The translations under genes and the position numbers were made by a program. The notes under the pieces were generated by a model. That model was given only the letters and a program-made list of their open reading frames with translations. It was not told where the DNA came from and made no database searches. From positions 132,004,766 to 132,068,765 of the forward strand of contig NC_092371.1 in assembly GCF_030028105.1 (NCBI RefSeq): DNA of 64,000 nucleotides, read 5' to 3'. Position 1 is the first letter of the stretch; the number at the start of each line of letters is the position of its first letter. Shown here piece by piece: positions 37,115 through 50,048 of the stretch. The DNA comes from Mobula birostris. Lineage: Eukaryota.

Positions 37115-39895
37115 GTGGCATTCGGAACAGTCAATCCAGAACTTACAAGTCCAGGTATGATTTACGAAAGGCCATTGAGAGTAAAAAGGTAATTCCATGT
37201 GAAGCCAGAGACACAATCAAATGCACGACAGCTGTGGCATGCTCCGCATGGCATTACTTCTATAAGGCAAAACCTAATATTTCAGTCCCCAATGAGCTGA
37301 ATGCCTTTTATGAACACTTTAAGATGGAAAAACGCACTATCCCAGTGTGAATCCCCATAGCATCTGATGACCCTATGATCTCAGTCTTGAAAGCTAAATA
37401 CTTCTAAGACATCAGACCCCTGGCAGGGTTCTGAAAACATGTGGTGACTAACAGGCTGGAGCATTCCAGGACATCTTCAACCTCTCACTGCTGCGAATGG
37501 CAGATCCCAGCTGCTTCAAAACAGGATCAATCACCTTGGCGCCCAAGGTGAGCAGGGTAAGCTGCCTCAATGACAACTGGCCAGCAGCACTCACATCGAC
37601 TGTGATAAGGTGCTCCATGAGTTTGGATATGGCTAGAATTAACTCTTTCTTCATCAAGAACTTGGACACACTAAATTTGCCTTTTGCCACATCAGGATAC
37701 AGTGACGACAATCTCGTGAACATTCCACTTAGCTTTGGAGTACCTGGACAACACCTATACATACAGCAGTCTATCTATTGATATAGCTTAGCTTTCAACA
37801 CTGCCACCTCTCAGTACTAATCAAAGAGCTTCAAAACCTATGCCTCTGTACCCCTCTCCAACTGGATCCTTGACTTCCTTATCATGAGACCATAGTCAAT
37901 GTGGATCAGTAATAATATCTCCTTGCTAGCAATCAACACAGGTATGCCTCATTGTTGTTTATCCCATTGTTCTACTCTCTACAATTGTGGTTATGTGGCA
38001 AGGCGTATCTCAAAGGCCATCTGCAGGTTCACCAATTACATAACTGCCATTGGCAGAATCTCAAGATGGTGATGAGGCGGCTTACCGCAGTGAGATACAG
38101 TTGCAAGAAAAGGTTTGTGAACCCTTTGCAATTACCTGTTTTTTTGCAATAATTACTCATAAAATGTGGTCTGATCTTCATCTAAGTCATAGTACTAGAC
38201 AAACACAATCTGCCTAAACTAATAACACACAACAATTGTACTTCTCATCAACACTGAGTACACCATTTAAACAATCTAATTTCAAAAAAGTATGTGAACC
38301 TCTGGGGTAATAATGCCTTCTACAAAAGCTATTCGGAGTCAGGTTTCCAATCAATGAGATGAGATTGGAGGTGTGGGTTGCAGAGGTGCCCAGTCCTATA
38401 AAGAAGACACACAAAGTCAGGTTACTGACAGAGCCTGCTCTTCTCAACAGAGATCTGCTTATGCGCACCGTGCCTCAGCCAAAACAATTTCCAGAGGACC
38501 TCAGAAGAATTGCAGAGATGCACGAAGCTGGAAAAGGCTACAAAATTATTTCTAAAGACCTGAGTGCTTATCAGTCCACAGTACGAGAAATTGTCCACAA
38601 ATGGATGAAATTCAGTACTGTTGCTAACTCTCCCTAAGACTGGGAATCCTGCAAAGATCACACCAAGAACACAATGTGCAGTGCTGAAGGAGGTGAAAAA
38701 GAACTTAAGGGCAACAGCAAAAGACGAGCAGAAATTTCTAGAACTTACTAAAGTCTCTGATCATGTGTTGACTATAAGAAAACAACTGAATGAGAGATGC
38801 GGTGGCATGACCTGAAGAGGGCTGATTATTCAAGGTATCCCAAAAATATTGATGAATTGTAACAGTTTTGAATGGAGGAATGGTCTAAAATTTCTCCTCG
38901 CCATTGTGCACATCTGATCAGCGGGTATAGGAAATGTTTGGTGGAGGTTATTGCTGCTAAGGGAGGAGCTACGAGTTATTAAATACAAGGCTTCACATAC
39001 ATTTTTCCAGCCTGTATGGTGAATGATTAAATATGTTCAATAAAGACATGAAAAATACAATTGTTTGTGTTATTACTTTCAGCAGATTGTTTTTGTCTAT
39101 TATTGTGACTTTGATGAAGATCAGACCACATTTTGAGAGTAATTAATGCAGAAAACCTGGAGTCACAAACTTTTTCTTGCAACTGTAGATTGATTAGTTG
39201 AGTGGTATCATAACAATAACCTGCAACCAATGTTAGCAAGACCAATGAATTGATCATGAACTTCAGAAAAAGGTAAGTTGGGAGAACATAAACCAATTCT
39301 CATTAAGAGGTTAGCAGTGGAAAGGGTGAGCAGCTTCATGTTCCTGACCATCAGCATCTCAGAGGATGCAATCATAAAAAGGCACATCAGCAGCTGTATT
39401 TCATTAGGAGTTTTAAGGGGATTTGGTACGTCACCAAAAGACTCTAGCAGATTTCTATAGATGCATGGTGGACAGCATTTGACTGGTTTCATCACTGCCT
39501 AGAAAACAGGCTGCAAGGAACAGGCTTGTAGATTCTGCAGGTTTAATCTTCCCCACCATTGAGGATATCTTGAAAAGGCAGTACCTCAAGAAGGCAACAT
39601 CCACCACTAAGGACCCTCATCATCTAGAACAGGGGTTCCCAACCTTTTCTATGCTATAGACCAATCCCATTAAGCAAGGTGTCCAGAGCCTGAAGACCCA
39701 CAATCAACATTTTAGGAACATCTTCTTTCCCTCTGCCGTCAAATTTCTGAATAGTCCTAAAACATGACCTTCCTATTCCTCTTTTGCACAATCCACTAAT
39801 ATTTTGTAACTCTTAGTAATTTTGATGTCTTGAGTACACTGCTGCTACAAAAACAACTTTCACAACATATGTTATTGATACTAAACTTCATTCTG
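37115..39895 (+). mobile_element. Degenerate Rex1/Babar LINE interrupted by a Tc1 element
   Basis: Colinear similarity to 18465-20085 on both sides of 38098-39185. Confidence 0.75.
38098..39185 (+). mobile_element. Tc1/mariner DNA transposon, internally deleted, long TIRs, TA TSD
   Basis: TA|cagttgcaagaaaa ... tttttcttgcaactg|TA. Paired-like HTH remnant 'EMHEAGKGYKIISKDL..STVREIVHKW', then 'TGNPAKIT'. Confidence 0.9.
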
Positions 39896-41359
39896 ATGAG
39901 GATCTTTTGAAACTTGCCAGCATTATAATGTTATATGCATACACCAGGCTCCCACAAACAAGTTTTGGGTTACCTATTTTTGTTGGCATTTGTGGGGATA
40001 AATATTACCCAGGACAAGACAATTCTTCTAAGCTTCTTAATAATTTCATACAATGTATTGCAGGGATATAATGGGAGGCAAAGCCTTAGTTTAATGTTGC
40101 ATTCTAAAATGGGCCCCAATTATAAAACTCGCCCCCAGTGTAGTCTTTTCTGCTCAAGTATCTTAAGTTGACCTTAAACACAAAGTCTTACAACTTAAGC
40201 TTGCAAACATTGAGTGACACTGCTCTACTAACAGTCTTCTAACCTGACCTGTTTATACCTACCATCTTTGTTCTTGTAATTATTACACCTCCAACTCCAC
40301 ATGCCTTCACTGCAGCACAAATCACACAGAGTGGTAAGCATATGGGACAGGCAGCCATCAGAAGTGGCTGAGGTAGGAATGGTACTATCTTTAAGAAGCA
40401 CTTGGATAGCCACATGGAGTAGCAGGGTTTTGAAGAATGTGACCAAACATTGGAAACTGGGACTAGCTAGTTGAACATGACCAGCGTGGACTAGGGGCTG
40501 AAAGAGATGTGTCTGTTCTGTATTGTTCTATGACTCCCCTATTAAGCCTTTCCCATCCACTGGTTTTCTGAGTAGTCTTTCTGAGAACATTTATTTATAG
40601 GAAGTGTGGATTGCAAACAGGACAGGCAATTTCTGCTCATCCCTAACTGAGCTCCAGGAGAAAACGAAGCCAAAAACAAATTACTTGCGATTTAGATATA
40701 GACAATGACAAAATGCTAATGAGAGTAGTCCTTACAGATGATTAGTAACATTCCAATGTTAGAAAACCAAGTTGACCAGGATTATTAAGACTATTTTCTG
40801 AATGTTATCTCTTTTGTAACACATGCTTTGAGAAAGCCCAAAATATCAGAAAGAAAGCTTTCACACAACTTTCACCACCTAAGGATATCCCAAACACTTA
40901 ACTAAAGAAGTTAACTGCATTCATGTAGTATTTTGACTGCATCCAGAATGGGACCAAAGGTTTCTGTCTACTTAAAGACTTCAGGATTTGAGATACCACA
41001 GGAAATAAAAGTAGAAGTTCAGCCATTATCATGTTCAATAGTAGACAAAGCACAAGGGAGTCCTATGGTCTACTTCTGTTCACAAATGTGGTGAATCCAT
41101 GGCATTCTCAACCCTGGAGAATAGTGGGAGTTCAATCATGGGGAAGGCGGGGGAGGTTTTTAAACGGGGAATAGATACAGTTTTGAAAGATCATTTCCAG
41201 AAGGTTCCAACCTAGACTATTCATGCTAAAACTGTATAAAACATTGCAGAGAAGATGTACGAAGATAGTCTACCCAGGCTGTGTGTTATTTCCCCATGGA
41301 ACAAATGAGACAGAGAGAATATTCAGTTGATTTAGAAACAAGATTATAGGAAGTCCAAT

Positions 41360-41552
41360 CACAAACAAGAGAAAATCTGCAAATGCTGAAAATCCAAGCA
41401 ACACACACAAAATGCTGGAGGAACTCGGAAGGCCAGGCAGCATCAACGTTAAAGAGTACAGTCAACGTCTCAGCCAAAATGTCGACTGTACTCTTTTCCA
41501 CAGATGCTACCTGGGCTGCTGAGTTCCTCCAGCATTTTGTGCATGTTGCTAC
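41360..41552. mobile_element. Palindromic Penelope-terminus mini-element with TSD, hammerhead core deleted
   Basis: cacaaaatgctggaggaactc ... gagttcctccagcattttgtg arms; ataggaagtc duplicated at 41346-41355 and 41557-41566. Confidence 0.75.
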
Positions 41553-43369
41553 GATGATAGGAAGTCTAAATTACAGGTTAAACAAAGGACTCGTTTACCA
41601 TAGCTGCTGAGTTCAGTTACCATAAAATTATATTTATATTAATTAATAGAAGAATTTACAGGGGAATTAAAAGGTGGGCTCTCAATACATGATCAGGTCT
41701 TAAGTTCTTCACCTGAAAGAATAAAGGGGGCAAAATCTCTCCACACATGTAAAAATACAGTGGCCCTAGTACTGGGAACAAGGATTAACCTTAAAACCAT
41801 TTTTAGCCAATACAAAAGAGATGCAGTGCAGAATACAGAGTACCCAAAACAAAGCATCTGAATTCATTGCTTTTACATCACATATGTCTTCATTTCAAAC
41901 CCTTTCACAGGACAGAGAGAAGAATCCACAAAAGCCAATTATGTGACCTGGTTTTAAAGCCAGTTCTCTGGGATGAACTTTTATTGCCTTCGGGGCGAGG
42001 TACAGTCAAGGTATTTTTAAAATCCTCAGGACATACCAGAAAGAAAAACAGATCCCCCACCAAAACAACAGTGTTAACATTGTCAAGCACTTTACAACAC
42101 TGAAGTACTTTTGAAGTGTAGCTATGTGATGAAGGGAAATGGGGTAACTTAATTTTATAAAAGTAGAGTACAGTACAAAAAGAGAGAATTTATGATCTAC
42201 TTTAAGTAATGTTGGTTGAGGGATACACGTTGACCAGGGAAAACCACAGTTCTTCTTTGAAAAGTGCTCTGGGATTCTTTACTTTCAGTTGAGCAAACAG
42301 TAGCAGCTTTGTATTTAGGATTGCACCTCTAACATAGCAGTACTTAGTACTCTAGCAAACTAATAGCCTGGATTGTGGCCATACCACAAGAGTAGAACTT
42401 GACACGAAAGCCATTTCAAGGCACAAGTGCCAACACAAATCCACTGATAAATCTAACTTCAATTAGTGTAAGTTAATTAACAGAAGGATGTGAAAAAAAT
42501 ATTAATAAAGAATTTTCTCACACTGCCTGAAAGGATGTTGTCCTGAAATTTATCAACGTAACCAAAAATGAAGTACCACTATAGTTCTTGAACTGCAGGA
42601 ATATGGACCCAGTGTCGGGAGGTAGGATTGATCCCATTGGGTCACAATGCACAAGTCCCCAAAGAATGGTGACAAAAACATACTCACACTACCATTAGCC
42701 CCACAAACAAAATGTTGGAGGAACTCAACAGGTCAGGCAGTACCAATGGAAATGAATAAACAGTCGATGATTTGGACCAAGACCATTCATCAGGAGGTGA
42801 AGGTGGGGGGAGGGAGAGAGGGAAGGAGTACTACCTTTAGCCTGAAGACCACCTTCAGATGTGTTGTATCATGCTATGTGCGCAGCACCAGGTGTCACTA
42901 GGTGTCACGAATGGCACAACAGTACACTCAGTGGCCACTTTATTAGGTATACCTTTCTAGAACTGGGTAGGACCCCCTTTTGCCCCCAGAACAGCCTGAA
43001 CTCTTCATGGCATGGATTTAACAAGGTGCTGGAAACATTCCTTAGATTTTGGTCCATGTTGACATGATAGCATCACGTAGCACCATACCATTAGATCACC
43101 AGCAGCCTGAACCATTGATACAAGGCAGGATAGATCCATAGATTATGTTGTTTATGCCAAATTTTGACCTTATCATCTGCACGTTGCAGCAGAAATCAAG
43201 ATTTCTCAGACCAGGCGATGCTCTTCCAATCTTCAACTGTCCAGTTTTGGTAAGCCTATACCCACCGAGCCTCATTTCCCATTCTTAGCTGACAGGAGTG
43301 GAACGTGTTGTGGTCTTGTGCTACCGTAGCCCATCCACTTCAAGATTCAATGTGGTAAGATACAAAATA

Positions 43370-43795
43370 AGCTATAGGAGCAGAATTATGTAATTTGGCC
43401 CATCAAGTCTGCTTTGCCATTTCATCATGGCTGATCCAATTTTCTTCTCAGCCCCAATCTCCTGCCTTCTCCCCTTATCCCTTCATGCCCTAACCGATCA
43501 AGAACCTATCAACCTCTGCCTTAAATATATATAAAGACTTGGCCTCCAGAGCTGACTATTGCCAAGAATTCCACAGATTCAGCACTCTGGCTAAATAAAT
43601 TCCTTCTCATCTCCTTTCTAAAAGGACACCCTTCTATTCTAAGGCTGTGTCCTCTGGTCTTAAACTCTCCCACTATAGGAAACATCTTCTCCACATTCAC
43701 TCTCTCAAGGCCTTTCACCATTCAATGGGTTTCAATGAGGTCACCCCTCATTCTTCTGAATTCTAGCAAGTACAGGCCCAGAGCCATCAAACACA
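43370..43795 (-). mobile_element. CR1 LINE 3' fragment nested in the Tc1-like element
   Basis: ORF 43521-43721 (KMFPIVGEFKTRGHSLRI). Confidence 0.8.
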
Positions 43796-44047
43796 CTTCA
43801 CCCACAGAACTGCCACTCAGTAGTAGAGCTTTGTTTCTCACACCATTCTCTGGAAACTCTAGAGACTATTGTGTATGAAAATCCCAGGAGATCAGCAGTT
43901 TCTGAGATACTCAAACCACCCCATCTTGCACCAACCATATTCTATGGTCAAAGTCACTTAGATCACATTTGCTGCCCATTCTCATCTAAACAACAAATGA
44001 ACCTCTTGACTTTTATGCACTGAGTTATTGCCACAGGATTGGCTGAT

Positions 44048-45232
44048 CCCCTTTCTTGATATCTCTCTGTCTCCATCTCTGGAGACAAACTGTCTACCAA
44101 TATCTTTTCTAAACCTACCAACTCCCATGGCTATCTTGACTATACCTCTTCCCACTCTGTCTCCACACTTTTCTCATTTCTTTTGTTTTCATCTGTTCCC
44201 AAGATGAGGCTTTTCTTTCCAAAACATCAGAAGTATCCTCCTTCTTCACAGAATGGGGTTTCCCTTCCTCCACTACCGATGCTGCCCTCACCAGGCATCT
44301 CTTTTCCCGAACATCTGCCCTCACCCCATCTTCCTGCCCCCTTAACAGGGTTAGAATTCCTCTTGTCCTCACCTACCATTTCATGAGCCGCTGCATTCAG
44401 CACATCATTCACCGCAACTTCCACCATTTTCAACGGAACCCTACCAAGCACAGCTTTACCTCCACCAACTCTCCACAAGGATCACTCCTTCCGTGATTCC
44501 CTTGTCTATTCGTCTCTCCCCACTCATCTCCCTCCTGGCACTTATCCCTGCAACTGGAAGAAATGCACCTCTTCCCTCACCTCCAATCAGGGCCCCAAAC
44601 AGTCCCTTCAGGTGAAGCAACACTTCACCTGCCAATCTGTTGGGGTCGTCTAGTGATGCACCCTCCTCCACATTGGTGAGACCTGATGAAGACTGGGGAC
44701 CACTTTATTGAGGACCTTCTCTCTAGAAGAAGAAAGAATTTTCTGGTGGCCAGCCATTTTAATTCCAATCCACATTCTGGTCTATGACCTCTTCTACCTG
44801 CTATGCTCAAGTTGGAAGAGCAACACCTCATTCTCTCTAGGTAGCCTCCAACATGATGGCATGAGCATTCATTTCTTCTTCCCTCTTCTTCTGTTCCTCA
44901 CTCTGCCCCCCCTTACCTCTTTTCGCCTCATGTGCTTATCACCTCCCCCTTGGTACCCCTTCCTTCCCTTTCTCCCATGGTCCTTCCATCAGAGTCCTTC
45001 TTCTCCAGTCCTTTATCTTTTCCATCTATCACCTCCTAACTTCTTACGTCATTCCAACTTCCCCACCCACCTTCTAGTTTGTACTCTTTCCTCTCCTCCC
45101 ACCTTCTTATGATGGCTTCTTACTTCTTCCTTTCTAGTCCTGATGAAGGGCCTCAGTCAGAAATATCAACTGTTAATTCATTTCCATATACGTTGCCTGA
45201 CCTGCTGAGTTCCTCCAGCATTTTGAATGTTA
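44048..45232 (+). mobile_element. Degenerate Penelope-like element 3' part with a hammerhead-like motif at 45136-45171
   Basis: Colinear with the reverse complement of 27000-28320; AGUC-CUGAUGA-...-GAAA-UA-UC-AACU. Confidence 0.8.
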
Positions 45233-45826
45233 CAATAACTGCACTTAGGAATAGGTATAGTGGCCACTGAGTGTCTGTGGAGAGGATGCATTGAAGCTTG
45301 GTGCAGCCAAGTATAAGACTCCGTGGGGAAGAACCATAGTCTAGGCCGCTTCCGCTACTGCACAGAGAGGGGCTGTGTCAAGTAGAGAAGCTCCTCGAAA
45401 AATGGAAGATGCCATATTGAGTGGCAACAGTGCTACATTTGTGTTTGTCCCTTTAGAAGTTTACACCACTGTATATAATACCATTAATTTAAAAACTCTT
45501 TGCATTGCTTCTTCCTTTGTATATATTTATGAATAAAGTCTATTTCTGAAATAAAATTTTGTTTTCATATCTTCATTTCAAGTGCCTGTCACTTTTGTTT
45601 CTTCAGTTTATGTTGAACTTTGTTGGAATCGTGTGGATGCTAAAATAGAGATATTGACGTGGAGTGGCTGGAATATAAAATCTCATCCATTGTAGCCTTT
45701 ACGACACAGCATTAATCCAACAAAATTAGGTAACCAGTGTTTCTAATTCATTCAGAACAGTAATTCTGCTTAACTGTTTGTTGCTGGTTTGATAAAGTTT
45801 AAGGGAATGGGGGATTCTCAGATCCC

Positions 45827-46447
45827 TGTAAACAATGAATTAAATACTGACTATGTCTGTGACTGCAGTGTGTTTGAATAATGTCTCACAGCTGCCTTCT
45901 TTGGAGCAAGATAATTAAAGTTTGCCCAGATCCACATCAGATGTCTCTGGGCTTTTCACACCTTTTGATTTTGACAAAAAGCAGTACCTGATGGAAATCA
46001 GACAGAACATTGCTTTCTTAATTAAAGCATAAATTTGACAGATGTTCTTATCTTTGTAATTAAGTTGTGGCTCCAGCAAACCAGGTAGGACATTCCTTTC
46101 TTTAATTAAGGTGGCTGGAGTATCTAACAAATTGATTGTACTTTTGTATCAATAGTCCTTTGACTTGACCGGAATAGTTATCAAACTGATTGTTCTCTGT
46201 ACCAACAGTCCATTGACTTGACCGATATGGCTATCAAACTGATTTTGTATCAGTGGCCTTATAACTTCTGACAATTCTGACATCGGGCAGTGAACTTGTA
46301 GAACCGCCGGGGATATGAGAAAGGGTCTCTCCCTGATGTCGGCTCCAAGTTCACTCGCCAGTTGAGCTCGAAGAAATAAACGGGTGAAAAGATAAATAAC
46401 GATCTTTTTGTGCTGTCGTTATTTGATCCAGCAAAGTTACGTTTACA
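45827..46447 (+). mobile_element. Putative solo LTR
   Basis: TGTAAAC...GTTTACA termini, internal ~54-bp duplication (~46140-46250), TATA-like and AATAAA motifs; no clear TSD. Confidence 0.35.
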
Positions 46448-46846
46448 GGTTGACCTGTGAAGTATTCTCATCCTTCAAAATTTCCTGCAACTGTGTTCTA
46501 CATCCCATAATTCCAGCTTCCTTCTCTACCTTTAACTCTTCTATTGTCCATCTTCTATTTACATCCCCTCTACACAGCAACAACTAATAACACCTTCTAT
46601 CAGACTACACCAACAGCATCTGGATTCTTTTATCACCCAATCAGACATTCCTTCCTCTTGTCTACAATTTAAAACAGCCATCATCTTATATTCCACATTT
46701 CTAAGAAACACTGACTCTGATCTCCACAGATGCTACCTGACCACAGGCTTGCAGCAATTCCTGCTTTTAAATTATCACACTTTACCGTCCCTGTACAAAA
46801 TTCAACACAATAACATCAGGTCTTTAATCTTTAATTAAATTTTTAC

Positions 46847-46953
46847 CTTGTAAAAGGGAGAAGTATGCATCTACTGCATTCTTCATCATCTCCATGTTAC
46901 AATTCACATCTAGAAATAACTCCAGAAGTTTCATCCTTGTGCTTCTCAAGTCA
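46847..46953 (-). CDS. BROX: BROX coding exon 2 (107 nt): [35 protein letters not shown]
   Basis: ttctttcAG acceptor and GT donor; frame continuous with exon 1; peptide matches BROX. Confidence 0.94.
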
Positions 46954-47009
46954 CTGAAAGAAAAAGAAATTATTACAAATACAGGAACATAAGAAATCAA
47001 GATTCAAGA

Positions 47010-47296
47010 TTCAGGGGAGAATACTTAGGATGGAGATGAGGAGAAACTGTTTTTCCCAGAGAGTGGTGAATCTGTGGAACTCTCTGCCCAGGGAAGCAGT
47101 TGAGGCTTCTTCACTAAATATATTTAAGATAAAGTTAGATAGGTTTTTACATAGTAGGGGAATTAAAGGTTATGGGGAAAAGGCAGGTAGATGGAGCTGA
47201 GTTTACGGACAGATCAGCCATGATCTTATTGAATGGCGGGGCAGGCTCGATGGGCCGGATGGCCTACTCCTGCTCCTATTTCATATGTTCTTATGT
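47010..47296 (+). mobile_element. Young CR1 3' end
   Basis: FFSQRVVNLWNSLP-type coding remnant plus 3' UTR, 60 bp from the BROX exon 2 acceptor. Confidence 0.8.
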
Positions 47297-47604
47297 AGAC
47301 AGCTCTAAATCTGTCCCACCACTCCACGCAGGTTATGCAATCTAACTCTGAACCCCGGATTTTGGTTAAAAGTCAATCTCAGATTTCGAAGTCCCTTGTT
47401 CCTGGTAACAACAGATTTATTGAAACAATAGATTTCTTACTATGAATAAGATATTCATTCATATTTACCAACACCAGTGAGTTCAATCACTACGTGTGTA
47501 CACATTAAAGATGGATTAACTCCATTTATTTTAGGATCCATTTTAGAACATTAGCAAAATTGATGTTGAGAAAACTTGATAACTCTGTTCTACTCCACTT
47601 TAGT

Positions 47605-47880
47605 GGGCAACACTGTTGTGCAGCAGTTAGCATAATGCTTTACAACACCAGCAATCAGGGTTTGATTCTCATCACTATTTAAGGAGTTTGGACTTTCACC
47701 CCTGGGTTTCTTCCCACGTCCTTATAGACTAACTGGGTAGGGTCGGTAAGTTGCGAGCATGCTGGAAGTGTTATGACACCTGAGGGCTGTCCCGAGCACA
47801 TACTTGGGCCTGGGCTGGCTGTTGATGCAAACAACGCATTTCACTGTATGTTTTGATGTACATGTGACAGATAAAGTTCA
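47605..47880 (+). mobile_element. SINE (V-SINE-like), degenerate
   Basis: tRNA-like head and ggagtttg..gggtttc..tcccac core; LINE-like tail 'catttcactgtatg'. Confidence 0.5.
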
Positions 47881-48864
47881 TCTATTGTTAAAATTGTGAA
47901 TATAAATGATTAACAGAATCTTTGTCAGGGATGGTTTTGTTATTATGTCAAAAGCGGAATTTGACTGAATTAATGCCTATATTTTTTTGTACACAAATTC
48001 CCAGATAATCTACTCATGTAAGATATGCTCCACGAACAGCAGAGATACAACCATGTAGTGATTTACATGGTTTCATTAAAATGCATTCAAATTTACAAAC
48101 GCCAGTTCTCACGTGTAATACTGGGAATACAAATATGGGATTAATCACTGAGGGTAGAATTATTTCAGATGCTTTTGCAGTAAGGAGATGGCAATTAGCC
48201 TCAAAGGTTCTGTAACGGAGCCAAGAATTGATAGCACCATCCATCACTGCTCATTACTGTTCTTGAATTCGGTGATTTCCCCGAGGGAACAGCTCACAAG
48301 GATGAGAACATGATGTAGCCCTACTGTAATATCTCTCACAGTTGAATATCTGGATAATACTACTGGGGTTCTTATGTAAAGAACTGCCACCAGTACAAAT
48401 AACACCTAGGGTGGTTTTAAGAAGCCCATGAACCAAGCAGTTTAGAAAAAAATCTACAATGCATGAGGATGTTTATTCAACAACAACTGATACTCTTGCT
48501 TGAAGGCAGAGACAATGACAGGAAAGTTACAACACAGCTTACAACAACATCATTCCATCAGTAATGTTCGAATACATCTGCTACAGTTAACAGGATAAGC
48601 ACCAGAGGACCAAGTAGTGCCTTTGTCCTGGCCCATGAATCAATATTCTCTCAATTTCAGTTTCAGTTTGTTGGATGTACCATGTACTCTGTAAGTTTAC
48701 ATTGGCAGCGTGCTCCCAGCCGCGAGACAGACAAATTAGTTTATAGGAGCTTCTTTCTCTCCGCTATCAGGTTTCTGAATGGAAAAGGAACTGATGCACA
48801 TCACCTGAGAACTTTTTTTTTTTACTTTGAGTGCTCTTTTTGCATATATTTCTAAGACCATTTA

Positions 48865-50048
48865 TTTTTTGGGTTCAAGAGACAGAGAGAGAGGTATCTG
48901 ATGAGCAATCGATGTTATGGTTTCTCCGCAACGTGTTTACTTTTTACAAGGACAGTTACAGACACAGAGAAACACATGCTCAGAATCAAGATGGATTCGG
49001 TCAATGGAAGACACCAGTGAGTCGGTCACTAGTTTAAACTTTCAGTAGCCCAAAAGGGGTGAGTTGAGATCGACCCTGCGTATTGATAAAGTTTTCTGCA
49101 ACTAGAACAAGTTTACAGGAAGAGAGGAGAGGAGAGATAGGTTTGAAACAGAAGAAACCTAGTGACAAAGAGGTCACTGTTTGGACTCTCTCCTAAGTAG
49201 CCCGTAAGGGTGAGTTTGAGTTCTATTGGAATACGAAGGTGTGACTGTCACGTAGTTAATCCATAGGAGTGGGTTCTCTGGTGAGGGGAGTACCTTTGTG
49301 AATACCACTTGTGTGCTACCTTTGTTTGGGTGTGGTAGTTCACTGAAGAAAGGCACCCCTGTGGCAAATCACTGTTGGAGTTATTTCACATGTCGTGGAA
49401 CTGGATAAGTGGCTATCACATTATATATTTGGGGTAACCTTGTGGAATCTACCGGTGTGTCGACCCTCGCCTGGGTGGTGGTTCCCTTGAAGAGGGAACC
49501 CTTTGTAATAAGCTACTGTTGGTGATAATCCATACGTGGATTCCGTTTGAGTATCCTGTGGCCACCACTCGAGATGTCCCATAGCTGAATTCGGGTGTGG
49601 TACCTTTTGTGTTGAAAGGATATTCGTTGAAGATCACTGTCGGTGATACTTCGTGTGTGGAGTGGAACAACTTCGGAGATAAAACCTACTACTATTGTTA
49701 TCTTGTATTGCTGTCATGGAATCTGTGGAATATTGACGTAATTGCCTTCTCACAACATTCGCCTTTTGGATTACAAACATCTCGCATTAATTAACCTGAG
49801 CATTGAACTGAACTATCTTACATTCCATCGTAAGACTGTATCCCTTACCACCTAAGCTTGAAGTAGTATGGGTTTTATATTTACACACCTGTATATGCAT
49901 AAGTTCTGCTAACCTGTTTGATTTATCTGGTTTTATATTACTGTATTGTGTAGTTACTAATAAAAGTAGCATTAGTTAAAAGCAAAACAAGACTCCAGAT
50001 GTGTTCCATTTCTGTTGGTTCTTTTAACCGGTTACAGGGTAGGTAACA
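48865..50048 (+). mobile_element. Putative LTR (Gypsy-type solo LTR remnant)
   Basis: CpG-richer than its flanks; AATAAA at ~49959 and a terminal ...GTAACA; left end not defined. Confidence 0.35.

Larger units (their letters stand above)
42925..45273. mobile_element. Tc1-like element with nested CR1 and Penelope insertions
   Basis: TIRs cactcagtggccact (from 42925) and agtggccactgagtg (45259-45273), with TA at the left end. Confidence 0.7.

Noticed and set aside
42761-42797. Hammerhead-like motif on the minus strand (CUGAUGA present)
   Set aside because: The GAAA box is mutated (AAAU); treated as a dead relic. The same applies to the decayed cores at ~33475-33510 and ~51990-52022.
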